Assembly: GCA_973895155.1 (NCBI GenBank)
Contig: OZ316893.1
Location: 16,460,645 to 16,524,644 of the forward strand
Direction: 5' to 3'
DNA: 64,000 nucleotides
Source: Marsupella aquatica
Lineage: Eukaryota; Plantae; Marchantiophyta
Shown: positions 62,232 to 64,000 of the stretch, in pieces
Numbering within the stretch: the first letter of the stretch is position 1
Layout of the letters: the number at the start of each line of letters is the position of its first letter
Program-made: the position numbers and the translations under genes
Notes under the pieces: model-generated
The model's database searches: none
The model's input: only the letters and a program-made list of their open reading frames with translations
Told to the model about the DNA's origin: nothing

Positions 62232-64000
62232 TGTAATAAAGTAGATTGGTTAGAAATGATAGAAAATTTATAAATTTTGAACTTTTTCTAACTCAAAAGC
62301 GCAGTATAGTTACCTTTTGTAGCAATTTAGATCAACTGAACACTTTACCTAATGCTATCCTTCATTGGAGGCTATTGTATTGGACAAGGATCGATAATAT
62401 AAATCCTTGCTCTTTACATGCTACCAAAAAAGAAGATTGGACATCATTGGAGAAGCAATGCAGGCTAGAAGATTCAAGAACCGGACTCCAAAACACTTCT
62501 TCAACAAGAATGAGCTCTGTATATAATTATCACAATCAGCCAATCTCTGCTATTTTAGTTAAATAGTTCTCACGGTCAGAAAAGTCTCATACTTTTTCAG
62601 GAGGTAGTAGTTGCATAGTAGAATCATCCCTTAAAGTTTCATCTCAAACCGACATGTGGTTTGAAAGTTAAAATTATTTTAGTTTAGCTATTTTTTGCAT
62701 AGCCACGACTTCGCCGACGCTTTGAGAAGCGTCCCTTGTATTTTTGGACGCTTTGAAAAGCGTCCACCCAAGACCACGACGCTTTGAGAAGCGTCCACAT
62801 GAGAAGCGACGCTTTCGGAAGTGTCCACCAAGTTTCGACGCTTTCTGAAGCATCCGCCACTCCAAAGGCGACATCGACACTGACGCTGACTGAAGCGTCG
62901 CACCCGAAGCCCAGAAGCCAGATGCTGCGACCAAAACCTCGAAATTCAGCCGACGCTTTCTGAAGCGTCCACAAAAGTCCTTTGTAGTTTTGGACGCTTT
63001 CTGAAGCGTCCACTATGTTCTCGACACTTAGAAATATTTTCATTTTTCGCACTTTTATAACACCACGCTGCTTTTATCGATTTATTTGAGGCACTTAGAG
63101 ATCTCAGAAAAGTCTGAAACTTTGTCAGCATAGAGATTATATGTAGTAGAGTACCCTTAGTTTAGAAGTTAAAATTAGATTAAGATCACTGTTTATTAAT
63201 TTTACTACAAACACCGACGCTTTGCAAAGCGTTCGCTCAAACCTCGACGCTTTGAGAAGCGTCCCCTACATTTTTGACACTTTCAGCAGTGTCCATTCAC
63301 TTTTCAAGGATGACCGTCATTAAGTTTATTCAAGACCCTTTAGATATGAAAGGGCATGTCCTTTTAGTCTCTCAGTCTCCTTGCGTTCCAGCTAGCCTAT
63401 ATGAAGTAGAATTTGTGTCATTTTCAAGTGTGAAGAAATAAAGTAGTGCCTGTGACATGTGCTGCAACATTGGAATCACCTTTGCAAAGCTTTCGTGTGT
63501 TTTCGTGTGGTATGGAGCTTGCAAATGCAAAGGAATTCTTCTCCCTTCCTTGGTCTGAATGATTGAGAGTTTAGATCATTGAAGTAAAATTATTTGTATG
63601 GAGTTGAATCTCAGAAGTATGAGGGAATAGATTCCTTAAGTGGTGACAACCCATCTTCTTGAGTTCTTGATGCATAGTTTTTGGCATGACATTGCTTGTG
63701 CACGGATGCAAAGATTGTTACTCACCAATTACCTGTGACTTCAATTTGATCATGATGGTGTTTATTATTCGTGACTCAGAGTACCGACTGGATATCGAAG
63801 TGATTGATTACTAGTTTCTTCTAAGTACCTTTGGAAGGAAAAGTTGAGACGTGTTGACGGCATTTTAGTAATCATCCTAGTATAGTAATCCCTTCCAGAA
63901 ATGTTCTTACGGATTTACCACCCAAATCACATCAAATAAAGTATTGATGAGAAGTTACCTTGGTGTTTTCCAGACTCCCTCATCATACCTCAAGATTTCA
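62232..64000 (+). mobile_element. LTR family B, diverged short form (B3), running off the window end
   Basis: Starts TGTAATAAAG. The first ~120 bp match 49828-49950 and the rest is colinear with B1/B2. Predicted TSD GTGTC. Confidence 0.85.
62716..63294. repeat. Array of ~11 18-bp palindromes GACGCTT-N4-AAGCGTC in LTR-B3
   Basis: gacgctttgagaagcgtc, gacgctttgaaaagcgtc, gacgctttctgaagcgtc and variants, irregularly spaced. Confidence 0.85.

Noticed and set aside
62716-63294. CRISPR array of palindromic repeats
   Set aside because: Spacing is irregular and often very short, the 18-bp units are degenerate, and the array lies inside an LTR.

Overview
Eukaryotic window made entirely of transposable elements; no host gene was recognised. 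The retroelement lineages and GT-AG introns suggest a non-seed land plant such as a bryophyte, but that is inference. The window is a nested TE cluster. (1) A Ty3/Gypsy tandem shares one LTR (240-2475). (2) Gypsy element A (4304-22105) has ~4-kb LTRs that each carry an ~880-codon accessory ORF. (3) A second LTR family (B) occurs three times; the 4.5-kb solo copy carries a distantly homologous ORF. (4) A decayed DNA transposon (~24.4-32.2 kb) encodes a P-element-like DDE transposase. (5) A LINE is interrupted by a Bianca-like Copia element. (6) Two minus-strand Gypsy pol remnants are present. The most notable feature is a 9.2-kb Mutator-like element (52231-61400, 8-bp TSD, no real TIRs). It carries a divergently oriented, intron-containing gene that fuses a ParB/Srx-like domain to a beta-class N4C/N6A DNA-methyltransferase-like domain. 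It also has ~14 copies of the 15-bp palindrome TAGCGCC-N-GGCGCTA, confined to non-coding DNA including every intron. A 362-bp non-autonomous relative (44257-44618) keeps the same ends and motif. Both are inserted in the same short motif of Gypsy RT genes. Almost all ORFs are pseudogenised. Domain calls were made by eye from motifs and need HMM or structure confirmation.
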